A program made the position numbers and the translations under genes. DNA of 58,625 nucleotides, filler included, from Bipalium vagum (lineage: Eukaryota), in assembly GCA_037834085.1 (NCBI GenBank). It is 3 parts of 3 records of this genome, joined end to end, with 100 filler letters (N's around TTAATTAATTAA, not from the genome) between each part and the next. Parts side by side here need not be neighbours in the genome. Positions count along the whole stretch, not along the records: positions 1 to 21,299 come from JBBMKC010239317.1; positions 21,400 to 36,950 come from JBBMKC010160290.1; 1 more part is not named here. One strand, 5' to 3'. This document shows positions 15,901 to 27,517 of the stretch, piece by piece. The notes beneath the pieces are model-generated. The model searched no databases, was not told the DNA's origin, and worked only from the letters and a program-made list of their open reading frames with translations. Position 1 is the first letter of the stretch, and each line of letters starts with the position of its first letter.

Positions 15901-18900
15901 ATTATTACATTAAATTAGCTGAAAGTCAGAATGCAATTACACAAACTTTTGTAATTTTCAAAAATAATATCATTTTATTTAATTAATGTTCTTTCTTTAT
16001 TAGACAAAAAATTTTCACCCATCATCGTATAATTAATAATTATTAGTGTATAAAAATCATTAATTTGTCCCTCATGTTGAATTACAGTTAAGTGCAAAAG
16101 TCAACTTTTATTTATACATTTCAACTTTTTAAATGCATATTTGTTGTTATTTGAAATAAGTTTTCGCAGATATGCTTAGTCATAAGAATAAATCTATAAA
16201 TATGTCCATGTTTTATATATATTTCTTATTTTTACAGATCTGTTTTAATAAAATGATAACAAAAATTTCTCTAAGACCTGTGAAGCACAACATAAATATA
16301 ATTAAAGAACAATGTACCATTGAAGACCGTTCGCTCAAAGGAAGACCTCTAAACATAAATGCGGGTGACAATAAAGCCTTTGCACAATAGATTAGACGGA
16401 ATAATGAGATTATATCAAAAGAACTTTTACAAAAACTGATGGACAATCGATATTTGGAGGTTCTTCAATAGACCGTTCAATGACATCTTAAAAGATTTGG
16501 TTACCATAGTTCATTACCCCACATAACCCCAATGCTAACACAAAGATACCCATGTTCAATGGACAATTCAGCACAAAGATAATGATTAGAATCGAACTAT
16601 TTTTACTGATGAATGCCAATTGTTTCGTAAAACCATTCGTACGTGGTCAAAGAATCCAAGCGTTGAATTCAAAAGCACTCCAAAAAATAAACACAAGATT
16701 ATGCCATGTGAAAGTTATAGCATCAAGGGTAGTGTTGGTGTGCATGCATTTAAAAGAATTATGTCTATTTTTGAACAATATATACCAAGTCTTAGGCTAT
16801 TTGTTAAACAAAAATATTGTGACATATTCACATTTATTATTTTCATTTGATTCGATACTTTTGGGTGGAATTAAATTAATTAACAGTAATATTGAATTTT
16901 TATTACTTATTTCATAAAAATGATTTTTAAATCTATTTTATTCTGATAAAACAACACGTTATTCAATATATAGAATAAAATGTTTTAACACTTTATAAAT
17001 CCTCGGTTTTCCATTTTCTTGATCACTCGGAGAATGGAGAGAATTCGCACATCTCCTGATGGATTTTTATAAAAAGTATAATATTAATTCATAAAATTTT
17101 AGTATGGCCCAGGAAAATTTTATAATCGCAAAACTTAAATAAAGAATATATCGATTTCATAAATATTTTATGGAACATTTTTCAATATTATGTATCAATT
17201 CGCACTTGAATATGTCTCCATATTTAATAATAATTTTTTATGAAAGAAAAACTTTTAATATATCTTTAAAATTACGCTCGTTTGTGTAACATTTAAAAGT
17301 ACAACATTTCGCAGAATTAAAACGAAATTGAATGAAAATATTATTTATTCAAATAAATCAAACCGTTACAAAAGACTCATTAAAGATTCATGAACAAAAA
17401 GACTGAAAGCTTTTATTGTTAGACAATAATATATAAATATTATATATATAAACGATTAGCGGGGAATGCTGTTCATCCTTTATGGTCCTTAAGAGTTCAC
17501 ATAACAATTGGTTTTAATTATTAATTGGTGATTAATTATTGATCGTTAATTATTAATTTTATTACTTTTAGTAAAAGAAACACAAACAATGTTTGCTAAA
17601 AAAGCTAATAAATTAATTATTGAAATAAGAACATTTTTCTTCATTTCAATTGGTCCTTGAAAATATTCATAAATTATTTTGTATGATTTTTTTCACAATG
17701 ATATTCTTATAGATTTACTTTTCCGAAAGAGATATTTCCAAAGTTCCAAATATTAATTAAATGCAAAAGATAACAAAGACTATAAAGATTTGAATATGTA
17801 AACAGATTTTATTTATGTGGTTAGGCTAAAAAGTCTTGGGACTCCACTAGAAATGATGAAGTCAACAAAATTTATTTTAACAACATGTATACATTTATAG
17901 GTCTCATTTCTCCACATAACCACAGACCATTACATTGAAACATATTTTAAAGAAATTCTGATCCTTCTCTATGATGAATTTCGTCACATTGTCCTTCATC
18001 ACATTTCATCATTTGAAACATGACCTCACATATGTTTCTTCACATGACTGAACAATCAATAATTACTGAAAGCGAGATTCTAACTGGATGGAGGATGATT
18101 CAACTTCACAAACACAGCTTTTATTAATGATCTTTTGTTTTCTAGGATATGTGAACATTATTTTTAACATGGAATAACAAGTTCCTGGTTGATTCACTTG
18201 TAATAATCCTAATTTAAGATTTTTACAGTAAAAACGAGCTTCAATATTACATTTACATTTCAACGTAATATATTTAAGACGCGAAGTCCCGAGACGTAAG
18301 ACTTTGGATGGCTTCTCATTTTTGAAAATTTTTTTTCTTTGACTCTCTATTAAGTAAGGTAGAGACTAAATGGAGCCTCGTCTGTGGATATTATATTCGA
18401 TAAAAAAATTGATCAGACTGCATCCAAAAGAAGAAGATTTCTTTCACAAGCTTTTTTCATCTAACCATCGTCCCAGCTGTTACAAATCGTATCATGAACC
18501 TCCTATATACTTTGCCAATCTCCATTTTCTCAAGAACAACTGCGTGGTTCTCTTTCAAACATTTAGCTACTAATACAGCGGAGTTTGAGTAATTTTTTTT
18601 TTCATTTGTCACAATATCTGGCAATTTTTTGTAATTTCTTCATTATTTCCAACCGGTCTTTTTTGTTGTATCGAATCCAGTATCGGGTTTTTTATAGTAT
18701 TCGGGCTTTTTTATAGTACTCCTCTTGAAACTGGTTAATAATTTCCTTCTTTAATTTACTTCTAGAGAAGTAAAACACAAATGACACAAATTATTATTAT
18801 TATTTAAGAACTTTTAGCCACATATTTCTGAAATTGAGGAATATGAATATGGAGGATTGACAGCAGTCTGAAGCAATTACTTTTAAAAATAAATGTTTTA

Positions 18901-20992
18901 TTTGTTTAGTTAAGTCCAATGATATAAGTCCAATGATGGCAATACAAACTGAAAGTCTACAAAATATTCTCGATCGTCTTCCCTCTTATCATTGTCGTAG
19001 GAACTGAAACAAATCTGAGATCGTTAAATCTAAATCTTCCCCATGTTAAAGGACTGAATAATTCTTGAACATTTCAAAAATACAACTTGATACCTTAACA
19101 ATTTTCTAATTGTTTTCAAAAATAGACAAAAAAAATAATATTAAATATAGAGATTCTTATCGAAACTCTTTCCCCGGTATCCCGTTATAAATATACGCCT
19201 CCGTCTCCCTTCTATGGGGAAAAATTTATTCTTAATCCCTTGAATAATTGATCAAATTGAGAAATAAATATCTATTATTACTTAACGATTTATCAGCCCA
19301 GTAGCCTAAGAGGGGAAACTGGTTACCAAAGGAGAGAATCTCTTTGACAGAAGGCGAGACATTTTCAACTAATCTACCCCGTTCTGTGTCTTAACCTGAA
19401 CCTAAGTATGGACGAGGAAATTCCGAACAGTTGCCCAAGATTTTCGCATCTGTCATATGATTATGATACGGTTTGTGACGACGATAAATTATTTTCATTG
19501 TACATGATGCGTAGAGAGATTGTTTTAATCAGGGATAATTTCAGGTTTCCTTTTCAAATTGCAAAATTCGATCTGCAACTACCCTGGCGACGAATATTAA
19601 TTCTATTGAAATTTATTGGAAAATAATTAATGTTAACTTTGACTACTTTTATCGAATATATCCATTTAATAGTTTAATAAACGATTTTATTTACCATTTT
19701 AATGACTTATTATGTTTGATTTGTGAATTTCAAGTTTAAATATTNNNNNNNNNNNNNNNNNNNNNNNNNNNNNNNNNNNNNNNNNNNNNNNNNNNNNNNN
19801 NNNNNNNNNNNNNNNNNNNNNNNNNNNNNNNNNNNNNNNNNNNNNNNNNNNNNNNNNNNNNNNNNNNNNNNNNNNNNNNNNNNNNNNNNNNNNNNNNNNN
19901 NNGTAGTATTTCACTTTAATTTTTATTGTCATATATTATTATAAATACTTTAAAATATACTTATTTTATCATTAATATTTTCATAGTAAACTACAGGAGG
20001 AAGTTATTGTCAATTTTCTAATTAAATACGTCTCATTTTAAGAACAAAATACGCATCTTGACATCCATAATACGAGGCCACCAAAATTTAACGAGACATT
20101 TTTTAACAAGAAAATCTGGTTCTATCCTCTGAATAGACAGTTAAAAATAATATATTTATTATTTTATTTTTCATCTTGTTTTAATTTTAATTTGACATTT
20201 CCTAAATTTATTTATTGATATTTATGTAAATTATTTATTGAGTAATTGATGTATTTATTGATATTTAACTTATTAATTTTAATTATTTTTTCTTAAGCTT
20301 TGTAGAGCGTCAATCAATGATTATTTGAAAAGATACATGAACCGTACAATACAAAGAGCTCAATCATTAAATGTTTAAAATAATTAATAATAATTATTAT
20401 AATAACAATAATAATAAAAAAAAATAAACAGTTAATAATTATCTTTTTAAGAATTTTTTTGTAAAAACCAATATTTATGTTCTGTGGAAAATAAAATATA
20501 AATAAATCTCTTTCATCTTTTCATTCATATTAATAATAATAGAATAATATTAGCAAAAATTATTACTGATAATAATATTAATGGAATAAAATTGAAAAAC
20601 GTTTTAGTTTTATAAATTATGTATATTTTTGGATAATCCTTTCGTTTTGAAATAAAAAGCATCTGAGTAAATAAATGAGAAAATAATATTTGGAAAATTT
20701 CTATTTCATATAAGAAATGTCATGAGAAATAATTACTACCATCGAATCATTAAAACAAAATATTTAAAATTAAAAATTCATGATTTCAGAGGATTATATT
20801 TTCTCAAATAATAAATTTTTTAAAAAGGCAATGTTGACTTTATTTTTGTATTATTTATTTATATTATAGGATTTCTTGGAAAAGGAACAATTAGAAAAGT
20901 AATTTTAGCAACACTCTTTCTGTATTTTGCCTGCCTATTACCTAGTATTGCATTTGGAGTACTAAATTATAATAATACTGATGGACAAATAG
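565..20992 (+). CDS. SLC4A11: SLC4A11-like (BTR1/NaBC1) SLC4 family transporter, partial; 6 exons visible
   Basis: AG/GT-bounded, phase-compatible exons 565-802, 1752-1836, 1895-2018, 10339-10548, 12513-12594, 20870-20992. Spliced product includes [91 protein letters not shown] and [16 protein letters not shown]. These match remembered SLC4A11 motifs ([50 protein letters not shown]). Upstream exons were not found; the 3' part is cut by the scaffold end at 21299. Confidence 0.93.
874..952. repeat. (TTA)n microsatellite in SLC4A11 intron
   Basis: About 26 uninterrupted TTA units. Confidence 0.95.
1494..1730 (-). mobile_element. mariner 3' end fragment with TIR
   Basis: Minus strand reads [42 protein letters not shown], the typical mariner C-terminus. 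TIR-like TATTGAGTTGTGCGGAAAGT at about 1494. Confidence 0.85.
2690..3540 (+). mobile_element. degenerate mariner (DD34D) transposase
   Basis: [16 protein letters not shown] at about 2940, [11 protein letters not shown] at about 3055, and [16 protein letters not shown] at about 3285 (YSPDLAPSDYHLF-like). Many stops and frameshifts. Confidence 0.85.
3640..3960 (+). mobile_element. possible hAT transposase relic
   Basis: [16 protein letters not shown] resembles the hAT motif FxxATxxLSGEKYxTxS. Single weak motif. Confidence 0.25.
5560..6416 (-). mobile_element. degenerate mariner with 5' TIR
   Basis: ORF 5800-6231 is a mariner HTH region ([38 protein letters not shown], similar to WVPHEL). Minus-strand TIR TATTGGGTTGATTCATAAGTTCGTGC at about 6391-6416. 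Confidence 0.88.
6960..7330 (+). mobile_element. degenerate mariner N-terminal fragment
   Basis: Frameshifted [16 protein letters not shown]...[14 protein letters not shown]...VSACES resembles the HTH2 plus WVPHELT region. The minus-strand ORF 6994-7320 is an antisense artefact. Confidence 0.6.
7650..7900 (-). mobile_element. Tc1-like transposase N-terminal relic
   Basis: [34 protein letters not shown] resembles the Tc1 paired-like HTH start. Confidence 0.4.
9330..9900 (-). mobile_element. degenerate mariner fragment
   Basis: Minus strand reads [52 protein letters not shown] (mariner HTH region) with stops. Confidence 0.7.
11990..12260 (+). mobile_element. Merlin/IS1595-like transposase relic
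   Basis: [14 protein letters not shown] matches the HTxxIESxWxxLK motif of Merlin/ISXO2 transposases. Confidence 0.5.
13160..14715 (+). mobile_element. pogo/Tigger-like element (Brinker-type DBD, CENP-B HTH, DDE_1), inactive
   Basis: [13 protein letters not shown]; [27 protein letters not shown]...[13 protein letters not shown]; GNLDEVP-like; [22 protein letters not shown]; IMDSCRSH; [13 protein letters not shown]. Related subterminal motifs AACGTGCACCTAACAG (about 13176) and GACGCATCTAACAG (about 14657). Stops and frameshifts throughout. Confidence 0.9.
15430..16030 (-). mobile_element. mariner fragment
   Basis: ORF 15639-15833 reads [25 protein letters not shown] (mariner N-terminus). Confidence 0.75.
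16083..16800 (+). mobile_element. degenerate Tc1-like (DD34E) element
   Basis: Terminus TACAGTTAAGTGCAAAAGT. Broken translation EDRSLKGRP...TVQ*HLKRFGY...PMLT...[17 protein letters not shown] matches the Tc1 WxxVIFSDE region. Confidence 0.8.
17820..18760 (-). mobile_element. degenerate mariner-like element
   Basis: Minus strand HPPSS*NLAFSNY*LF at about 18100 resembles HPPYSPDLAPSDYWLF. TIR-like GGCTAAAAAGTCTTGGGACT at about 17824. Confidence 0.6.
19745..19902. other. assembly gap (158 N) within scaffold 1
   Basis: Run of N without a linker; SLC4A11 exons on both sides are in phase. Confidence 0.97.
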
Positions 20993-21299
20993 GTTAGCAA
21001 AATTCTTTGCATTTTTCATTTTTATATTCACAAAAAAATGTTCAACATTTTTTTTCGACGAAATTAATGCATCATTTGATGAGATATTATTGTAATTATT
21101 ATTATCATTATTAACAATACTTTTTTATTATATTATTATATTATTATATTATTATTATAGATTTTTATAGATGTTTATATGAAAAAATTTTTAGATTGAT
21201 TTATATATAAGTACTAAATTTAATATTGAGGATAATAATAATAATTATTATAATAATAGTAAAAATAATAATAATAATAATAATAAAAATAATAATAAT

Positions 21300-21399
21300 N
21301 NNNNNNNNNNNNNNNNNNNNNNNNNNNNNNNNNNNNNNNNNNNTTAATTAATTAANNNNNNNNNNNNNNNNNNNNNNNNNNNNNNNNNNNNNNNNNNNN
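21300..21399. other. artificial scaffold-joining linker N44-TTAATTAATTAA-N44
   Basis: Exactly 100 bp; the central palindromic 12-mer gives stops in all six frames; identical to 36951-37050. Confidence 0.95.
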
Positions 21400-21615
21400 G
21401 ACCGATCAAATTACTTCGTTATATCAAAGTTTCGTTAAATCGAAGTATACATATTATGTAAATTTAAAATTCGTAAGTTTAAATGTTTCATAAAATTTCG
21501 TTATGTCGAAAATTTGCTGTATCAAAGTTTAATTTGTATATACATGTGCGGCCAACCATTTGTTTCACACATGTTCGTTATATCGAGATCTTCGTTATAT
21601 CGAGACTCAACTGTA
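21400..21615. mobile_element. end of a Tigger/pogo-type MITE with repeated TTCGTTATATCGA motifs
   Basis: At least five TTCGTTA(T/A)(A/G)TC variants ending in ...GAGACTCAACTG-TA, the reverse of a TA-CAGT.GA.TCTCGATATAACGAA terminus. Confidence 0.6.
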
Positions 21616-24600
21616 CTATTAAAAATTGTAAACAAATTTCTTTTCAGAAAACATTCCCATTCGATGCTTTGAGCTGAATTGACTCATCATCAGCGATTTC
21701 CTAGGCCCATTTCAATATATCATATCTCATAACTGTTTTTCTTTTATGACAGTCATTTTAAGATTACGAATTTTAACTTTCTTACTCCTATACTGCCCGG
21801 TATTGAAAATTTCTATCATCTCGTTATTTAATCATCGTTCAAGAACCTTAAGATAGATTTTTATTTGTTTTCTGAAAGCTTTTATTCATTTTATACTCGG
21901 CTATAGCTATAATTTTGTATGTTATGTTGTTTATATTTCGTTAGAAAAGGTAAAACAATTAGTTCATTAATTAAATGTTATCTTTTCACAATTTTCGAAT
22001 ATGATTGTTTATTTAAATGTTTAATAAATTAATAAAGCCCCAACTGTCAGTTTCTAACGCTGGAAAAAAACAATGCTCGTGAGACATTTATCAGGTTATA
22101 AAAATAAAAAGGTAAATTTTTTGAATAAGAAGATCTTGCTTAGATAACGACAGATTTTGAAACATGTTTTGACGAAAATAAATATTTTACAAAAAATTTC
22201 TCGATCTCAACCAGAGTTATTTAGAAGATCTGATGATGTAGAGAAATTTCTTTATAAATGTAACTTGTTTTGACGTGTTGGGCTCACCAAGAATGTTAGT
22301 GACATTTTACAATAAATATTAAATTTGATATTGTGGCTGATAAAAGTAGCATGGCCTGAACAGTGGAGATGGCACAGCTAGCAAACATGGTGGCCGCTAA
22401 AAAACCACAGTCACCAGGACAGTGAATTTGATTGGAAAAGTTTGAAAAATATATACAAAAATTGATTAAGTTAATGTTTGAGTTGAATAAAGCTACTTCT
22501 TTCGTAGACCTGTAGAAGTTTCCCCGAACCCTATGAAGACTGGTGACGAGTAGATCGTCTCAGGTGACTGATGAGCTTCAAACCGACCTGTGGGGTGCAG
22601 GGGCTTTGAAGATGGAGCCGTTTAAAAAATCTAAAAATTGCACTCTCTACGTAGTGCGTTGAGGTATTTTAACTTAATTAAATAATTAAAGTTATTAAAA
22701 TACTGACTTTTTAGGCCACCATAGCACCTAGGTCTCGAACCGGAGCGGGGAAATAAGGATTTAAAGATGGAGCTTTTTTGTTAATAAATTTCTTTAAATG
22801 AACTATTAAGTTTACAATTTTGCGCGGAAATTAGAATGACAGGAGTGTGGAATTTATCCACAATTGTGTCATTGGTATTTAAAAGGAAATAAGTTCCAAA
22901 AACAATGACTGATGATGGCATAAGTTAGATGATAAAAAATGGCATCCATTGATGTCCCATTTTTCTGCCAAATCGCAATATTTAAAAATTCGTAGAAATT
23001 AGTAGGATTCCAAATGATGGTAAAGGTAACTGAATAGTGGCCAGATAAGACCACAGAGAGGTAGTGCAAGGCATGGAAAGAGATAAATGCCTTCACAGGT
23101 TTAAGCGTGAAGGTTTATAATTAAATTATAAGTCTTACAAATTTGAGTTCGATTAAAATTAAATATACTTAAATTTAGATTATACGTTGTGTTTCTGTGG
23201 GGACTCCCAGGCAAAGTTCCAGGACTTTCAGGAGATGAAGGACAGAACAAACCCTATTAAACATTTTTTGTTAATTTAAACATTTTAACATTTTTTGTGA
23301 TTCATTCAACCTTTTTGTGTGATCTTTTGCATGGAACAAAACATCTGGTAATATTGTAAAGAACTTTTTATTGTGCAATATATGTGAAATATTATTAAAT
23401 ATATGTGAATTATTGATAGATCCCGAGAACCATTAATTATAAAATTTAAAATAAATAAATAAAATATAATTAATATGTATAAAATATAGTACATAAATTA
23501 AAATAATACTAAATTTAAAAGTTCAGTAAAAATAATTACTAAAAATAAAAATAATAATCTATAACCGAATAAATAAAAAAATAATGTATAAAAAATTAAA
23601 ATTAGTAAATTTAGATTACTAAAAATAATTAAAAGATAAAAAATTATATAAATTAAGTCGCTTATAACTACAAACACACAAAAAAACAAAACTAACAAAA
23701 GCGACGCAAAAGTTAGAACTACGAAGTAAACCAACGTCAACCACAGTTAACATCAAATTGGAAATTGGATCTCATCCAGTCATTGGGAAATAAATTATAA
23801 AGCGACTTTCTCGTACCAAAAATATCAAATGTCACATCAGTTGTCAGTTACTACAGAAATCGGATACAGGAAAATAAACTAAAATATTCTATAAAAACGG
23901 TCAGAATTTCGAAAAAGAGAAAAAAACGACTCGAAGAGAACAAAAAAAATAACAGTAACATTAAAGGAGAAGATAAAGCTTCAAGCGATCACTAGAAGAA
24001 CTTCACTTCCAAGAGGATATCAACGGTTACAGAAAGGACAAACACGGAAGAGAAGAAACGAAAAACCTACAGATATATATTTCGATTCTGAAATATCAAA
24101 GTCAACTTCGCCGATATATTAATTATAATCCAAAGTAATTATTTTTACATTTATGTTTAAATTTAAATCATCAATATCAATTGAATATTACAATTAAAAT
24201 ATTATCTTTAAATTAATCGATCGGAATTAACCAATTGGATAGATCCCCAATTGTTGTTCCAATATCAAAATTTTTTTTTGTTCCTCTATTATAACCTTTT
24301 TGCTTTCTCAACGTCAAGTAGGGCGGAGAAGCGCTTTTTACTTTCGAGGGCTCTTGAGGCTAAGATAGCGAAGAGCGTAAACTAAACATCTCAAAGTTTC
24401 TCCGGACTTATCATTAATAATAATAATATTTGTGTTTAAAAAAATAATTTTGTTCAACAAAGTTTTAAACCAAATAAAGTTTTTAAATTCATAAAAGAGC
24501 GTTTTATTTTGTCTTAGTGATTAAAACTTTTTATTAGTTATAATTCACATTTACGTTTTGTTACACATTTATTATTCATCCGCACGCTATCTACAATTAC

Positions 24601-24899
24601 CCAGTCGATTTAAAATAAACATAAATAAACCGAACGTAACATACATTAAATCCTGATCAATTTCATACTAAACGAGCCACGTTAATTTTGGAAAGATACA
24701 TAAGCTTAAGCAAGCTAAAACTAACCCCATCCCAAAACTTAACATTTCATTGAATACCAAACTCTACAAAAACATTACTTATGGCTGGATTTAACAAACT
24801 CAGCAATTATAGAACTTAAATTGGTTTAAAGTAATCTATTTATTAGTTTAACATATCGCCTTATCTGAATGAATGATGGTCCTACGGATTGGTGGACGG

Positions 24900-25096
24900 A
24901 ATGTAATTTGGAATTTCTATGATATGGCGAGAGTACTAATCACAAGACAGGTTGTTATTTTTGCATGACAAATATAACTGACTTTAATATGATGATAAAT
25001 TTGTTACACAAATAAAACCGTTTGAAATGACAGCATAGATCAATTTCCAATCCGTTGTTGAAAATTTTCTTGATAACGAGATTGGATGACGCAAAG

Positions 25097-25128
<32 letters not shown>

Positions 25129-25951
25129 GTTTAAAAATATGAAATTATCAATGGAAAACTTTCGACCTATGATTCTATATAACTTCCGATGCGGATTCAC
25201 ACGGCACCAATGTCTCGATCGCCTATATTTGGCATTTTCTGATGATGCGTCATTGGAAACTAGAGTGTATTGATGGTTTCATAAATTTATGTCTGAATGC
25301 GTCTCTTTGAGATGTTCGGAAATTAATTGATGAAGATAGTCGGACAACATATGATGAAATTGACGCACCATTGAACATATCTCGAACTTCAATTCATTCT
25401 ATTTTATATGAACACTTGGGTTTCAGAAAGCTATGTTCTCGTTGGACACTACACGTTGGACCTTACAATTGATCAAAAACGAGATCGCGTTAATTGGTTC
25501 AAAGTTATGGTAGATACATTTAATCAGGGAACCTCAAAATATGCTTATGATATCGACAGTGGAAATAAATTATGGATCATCAAAGCAGCAGTCAAATTTT
25601 TGGTTGTTTCAGGTAGTCCCACAGCTACTTTGAATTTGTATACCACAGTTTGCTTACTTGGCGTCCTCAAAGAATGGAGAAAAACAACTAGAAACGCTCC
25701 ATTATACTTCATTATGAAAATTCCACTTCCCATACAGCCCATAAAACAATCTATTTCAAATAGAATTCAAATCACATAATTTTGACATATCGACTTCGGA
25801 TTGGAAAATATGTTTGAATAACTTTTTTGGCAGAATACGAAAGTGACGGTAGATTGTGACGGTGAATATATCGGAAAACAATGATGTTAATTATTATAAT
25901 AAATATATGCTGTTTGTGTGTCATTCCGAAACTTTTCGACTGACCTATGTA
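24900..25951 (+). mobile_element. internally deleted mariner
   Basis: MENFRPMILYNFRCG...TRVY*WFHKF; IHSILYEHLGFRKLCSRW; LTIDQKRDRVNW; DIDSGNKLWI (similar to IVTGDEKWI). Right TIR TCATTCCGAAACTTTTCGACTGACCTATGTA at about 25921-25951. Confidence 0.88.
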
Positions 25952-26819
25952 TATAAATAATAGCATCAATTTACTATTTTAAAAAATCAATAAAATAAAA
26001 ATAATATAAATTAAAGTGATTTTTCAAAGAAGACATACAACAAAAATAGAGACTAAGCTAAAAGAAAAGTTATAAAATAAAGTGTCTAGCAAAATATAAA
26101 AATCTAAGAAGAAAGATACATAAAACAAAGACGAATAAGAATATCAATGTAAAAGAAAGATAATCGTTATCATTATAAGTCAGCAAATATAAAAATTCAA
26201 AATGTATCAAGTTCAAGCATAACTGAAAGTTTCTGAATTCCTTAAAGCAAAGTAGAATTACATGGTTGTATTCGAATTAATCGATTGTCAGTTAAAGTAA
26301 TAATCGAATTATGTATTTTGAAAGTTTGATTACAAACTTTATTTGAATTAATTAAATAATTTAATCAAGTTTTTTCTGATTACAGATGATCCGATTCAAA
26401 ATGTAATTTTAAAATAAGCTGCAATTAAAATAATTCGATCATGAATAAGCCATTTTATTTGACTAATAAATCAAATGAATCCTAAAAGTTTGGTTATCTC
26501 TTCTAACACCTGACGATTAAATAATGTAACTCATTTTTGCTATTTTTGTTTCTTCTCTTTTTGGATTCTTTAGTAAAGTTCTACATGTTAGAAATTCTTG
26601 ACTGACAATCGAATTGCTTACAGAGAGCAGAATAGCATAAGACGACATCTCTTATCTTTGACTCTTTAAGATTTCCAAAAAACTAAAATTATTCCTTTAA
26701 AAAGTATGCCAACAACAATTGTAAAAATTGTCTTAGAGAAATAAAATTTCATGCAAACATAAAAGAATAATTATCAAAAATATTAGAGATACTCAATATC
26801 AAAATTCAAATTATTCCTT

Positions 26820-26883
26820 TTATTTATCATTTATTTATCATTTATTTATCATTTTATCATTTATTTATCATTTATTTATCATC
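26820..26883. repeat. 11-bp tandem repeat (ATTTATTTATC)n
   Basis: About 6 units, one shortened. Confidence 0.8.
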
Positions 26884-27204
26884 AATTAATTATTAAGACC
26901 GCAAGAGGGTCAGGAATAATAATAATAATAATAATAATTAATTAATTAATTATAAAGTACATCTAAAAAAAGGGGGAGCAATTAATTATTTCTAAAAAGG
27001 ATCTAATCTTGACAATGGCGAACCAAATTGCCAAGATTAGATCAGGGTCCGCAAGGAGGAAAAAAAAGGGAATTGACATTCCCCAATGATAAAGCTGGTC
27101 TACGATTGATTGATCGTCTGATCAGAATAGTATATAAGGAGTTGGAATCCGCAGTGGATTGCTACAGGAAAGTGATCGAGAATTGTTACGATTATTGTTA
27201 TTGG

Positions 27205-27345
27205 TACTATTATTGTTATTAGAGTCAGAAGAAGGATCAAGCCGTACTATTATTGTTATTAGTGTTAGAAGAAGGATCAAGCCGTACTATTATTACTAGA
27301 GTCAGAAGAAGAATTAAGCCGTTATTATTGTCAGAAGGATCAAGA
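27205..27345. repeat. 40-bp minisatellite, about 3.5 copies
   Basis: Unit TACTATTATTGTTATTAGAGTCAGAAGAAGGATCAAGCCG at 27205, 27245, 27285 (37 bp) and a partial copy at 27322. Confidence 0.85.
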
Positions 27346-27358
27346 GCTGTCAGAAGAG

Positions 27359-27517
27359 AACCCGCCATTGTCCGAAGGTTACTACTGAAATAGTAATTTA
27401 TCTTGATGCACTCCATGCGACAGGAGCACACGACGGGTCCTGTGTGGTTAGGGGGTTTCTGAGCGGACCGGATTGGGTTCAGCTAACCACCCTTTGGACC
27501 TGTCATCACAGGCGGTT
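27359..27517 (+). ncRNA. candidate structured RNA element (multi-stem, GC-rich), family unknown
   Basis: Nested complementary pairs AAC(C)CGCC/GGCGGTT, TTACTA/TAGTAA, CTCC/GGAG, GACGGGTCC/GGACCTGTC, GTGGTTAG/CTAACCAC and CTGAGC/GTTCAG. G-U wobbles favour the + strand. Confidence 0.35.

Noticed and set aside
19699-19944. ORFs spanning the N gap
   Set aside because: Open only because of Ns.
22561-22592. CAGGTGA-CTGATGAG-CTTCAAAC-CGACCTG as a hammerhead
   Set aside because: No stem II, GAAA or stem III; chance CTGATGA hits are expected.
23306-23740. Hydrophobic minus-strand ORFs resembling membrane or mitochondrial proteins
   Set aside because: Artefact of an A-rich low-complexity tract; no recognisable motif.
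27040-27062. TCAGGGTCCGCAAGGAGG resembling SRP RNA helix 8
   Set aside because: The following AGCAG motif and flanking helices are absent.
27205-27345. CRISPR-like appearance of the 40-bp repeats
   Set aside because: Units are head-to-tail with no unique spacers, there are no cas genes, and the context is eukaryotic.
27444-27492. GGTTAGGG/CTAACC as a telomerase RNA template
   Set aside because: The sequence is locked in a stem and no pseudoknot or H/ACA features are evident.
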